DNA of 64,000 nucleotides from an uncultured Gemmatimonadales bacterium (GTDB lineage Bacteria > Gemmatimonadota > Gemmatimonadetes > Longimicrobiales > RSA9): assembly GCA_963708135.1 (NCBI GenBank), contig OY970192.1:832001-896000 (forward strand), written 5' to 3'. Of the stretch, positions 62,800-64,000 are shown one piece after another (the first letter of the stretch is position 1; every line of letters starts with the position of its first letter). Position numbers and translations under genes: made by a program. A model generated the notes under the pieces. The model saw only the letters and a list, made by a program, of their open reading frames with translations. It ran no database searches and was not told where the DNA came from.

Positions 62800-63738
62800 A
62801 TGGCGCCCCGCGCCGGGCGGGGCTGGCCCGCGCTGGTCGCGCTCACGCTGGCGACACTGGCGCTGGCCGTGGTGGATCCGCTGCTGCTGGTGACGGCGCC
62901 GCTGATCGTGATGCTCCTGGCGCTGCCGCCGCGCCGGCCGGGCCTGCTGCTGCTGGCCGCTCTGCTCGCGCTGCTGCAGTTCACGGGCGCGCACGGTGCC
63001 GGGCCGCTCTGGTTCGCCGAGCGGGGCTGGGCGCTCATGCTGGGCGCGTGGTTCGTCGTGCTGGTGGTCGCGCGGCCGCGCGCGCCGTTCTTCTCGCGCG
63101 CGCTGGGCGCGGTGGCGGCGACGGCGGCCACGGCCGCGCTGCTCTTCCTGGCCCGCCACGGCGGCTGGGCGCGGCTGGACTGGACGATGGGGCAGCGCCT
63201 GCGCGGCGGCGCCTCGGACGTGATCGCGCTGTGGACCTCGAGCGGGGGACAGTCGGTAGCCGACCCGTTCGCGTCGGCCGTCTACGCGGCGACGGACTTC
63301 CAGGTTCTGGTCTTCCCGGCGCTCGTCGGGCTGGCCTCGCTCGGCGCGATGGCGCTGGCGTGGTGGGCGTTCCGGCGGGTGGCGGCCTCGGAGACGCGGC
63401 CGCTCGGGCCGCTGCGGGAGTTCCGCTTCCGCGACGAGCTGGTCTGGGTGCTGATCGTGGGGATCGTGCTGGTCGTGGTCCCGTGGTCAGGGCACCACGC
63501 GGCGCTCCGCGCCGGCTCGAACCTGCTGACGTTCATGGGCGCGCTCTACGCGTTGCGCGGGGTGGCGGTGCTTCTCGCCCTCGCGGGCGTGCCCGGGCCG
63601 GCCGGCGTGCTGTTCGCCGCCCTGGCCACGCTGTTCCTGTACCCGCTGGTCATGACCGCGACGGTGCTCGTCGGCCTGACCGACACGTGGCTGGACCTGC
63701 GCGCGCGCCGGAAGGCGCCCTCGGGTCCGGAGTCCTGA
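62800..63738 (+). CDS. DUF2232/YybS-like membrane protein
   Basis: Multi-TM, G..DTWLDLR C-terminus, position between rpsR and rplI. Confidence 0.75.
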   Translation: MAPRAGRGWPALVALTLATLALAVVDPLLLVTAPLIVMLLALPPRRPGLLLLAALLALLQFTGAHGAGPLWFAERGWALMLGAWFVVLVVARPRAPFFSRALGAVAATAATAALLFLARHGGWARLDWTMGQRLRGGASDVIALWTSSGGQSVADPFASAVYAATDFQVLVFPALVGLASLGAMALAWWAFRRVAASETRPLGPLREFRFRDELVWVLIVGIVLVVVPWSGHHAALRAGSNLLTFMGALYALRGVAVLLALAGVPGPAGVLFAALATLFLYPLVMTATVLVGLTDTWLDLRARRKAPSGPES

Positions 63739-63750
63739 GGGAGTGATCCG

Positions 63751-64000
63751 ATGAAGAACGTGAAAGTCATTCTCCGCCAGAACGTGGAGAGCCTGGGCGA
63801 GGAGGGCCAGATCGTGACGGTCCGCCCCGGCTACGCGCGCAACTACCTGCTCCCGCGCGGCGTCGCCTACGAGGCGACGGCAGCCAACGTGCGGCAGCTC
63901 GAGGGCGAGCAGCGGCTGGCGGAGCAGCGCGCCAAGCGCGACTACCTGGAGGCCCGCCGGCGGGCGTCGCAGCTCGAGGACGTCTCGCTCACCTTCCACG
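63751..64000 (+). CDS. rplI: 50S ribosomal protein L9 (partial)
   Basis: VKVILRQNVESLG..G.IV.VRPGYARNYLLPRG.A. Confidence 0.95.
   Translation, partial: MKNVKVILRQNVESLGEEGQIVTVRPGYARNYLLPRGVAYEATAANVRQLEGEQRLAEQRAKRDYLEARRRASQLEDVSLTFH

Overview
High-GC bacterial chromosome segment; gene content and order suggest Gemmatimonadota (inference). Positions ~15-64 kb are mostly housekeeping genes (mtnA, glpK, sodA, recA, alaS, gmhA, nadE, cca, rarA, hflX, pdxJ, ispE, tRNA-Gln, prs, rplY, pth, hppA, ychF, rpsF-rpsR-rplI), with REP-like intergenic repeats and a three-gene surface-protein cluster. The first 14.8 kb is an Rhs polymorphic-toxin locus: one full-length signal-peptide Rhs, two displaced toxin/immunity pairs, and the edge of a CHC2-primase/XRE element. 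Main finding: the toxin tips appear to be cargo of IS110-family elements. A 3,036-bp unit (6125-9160) is bounded by a 13-bp direct repeat lying in the conserved Rhs NPA-SYTDPFG codons. It holds an IS110 recombinase, a bridge-RNA-like noncoding region, an array of 73-nt hairpin units, an immunity gene and the current toxin tip. The variable loops of several units reproduce the Rhs insertion-site sequence (GATAATCCGG). A second, diverged and truncated unit with the same layout carries the previous tip. This suggests RNA-guided, in-frame toxin warhead swapping with a multiplexed guide array. The layout is seen in the sequence; the mechanism is inference.
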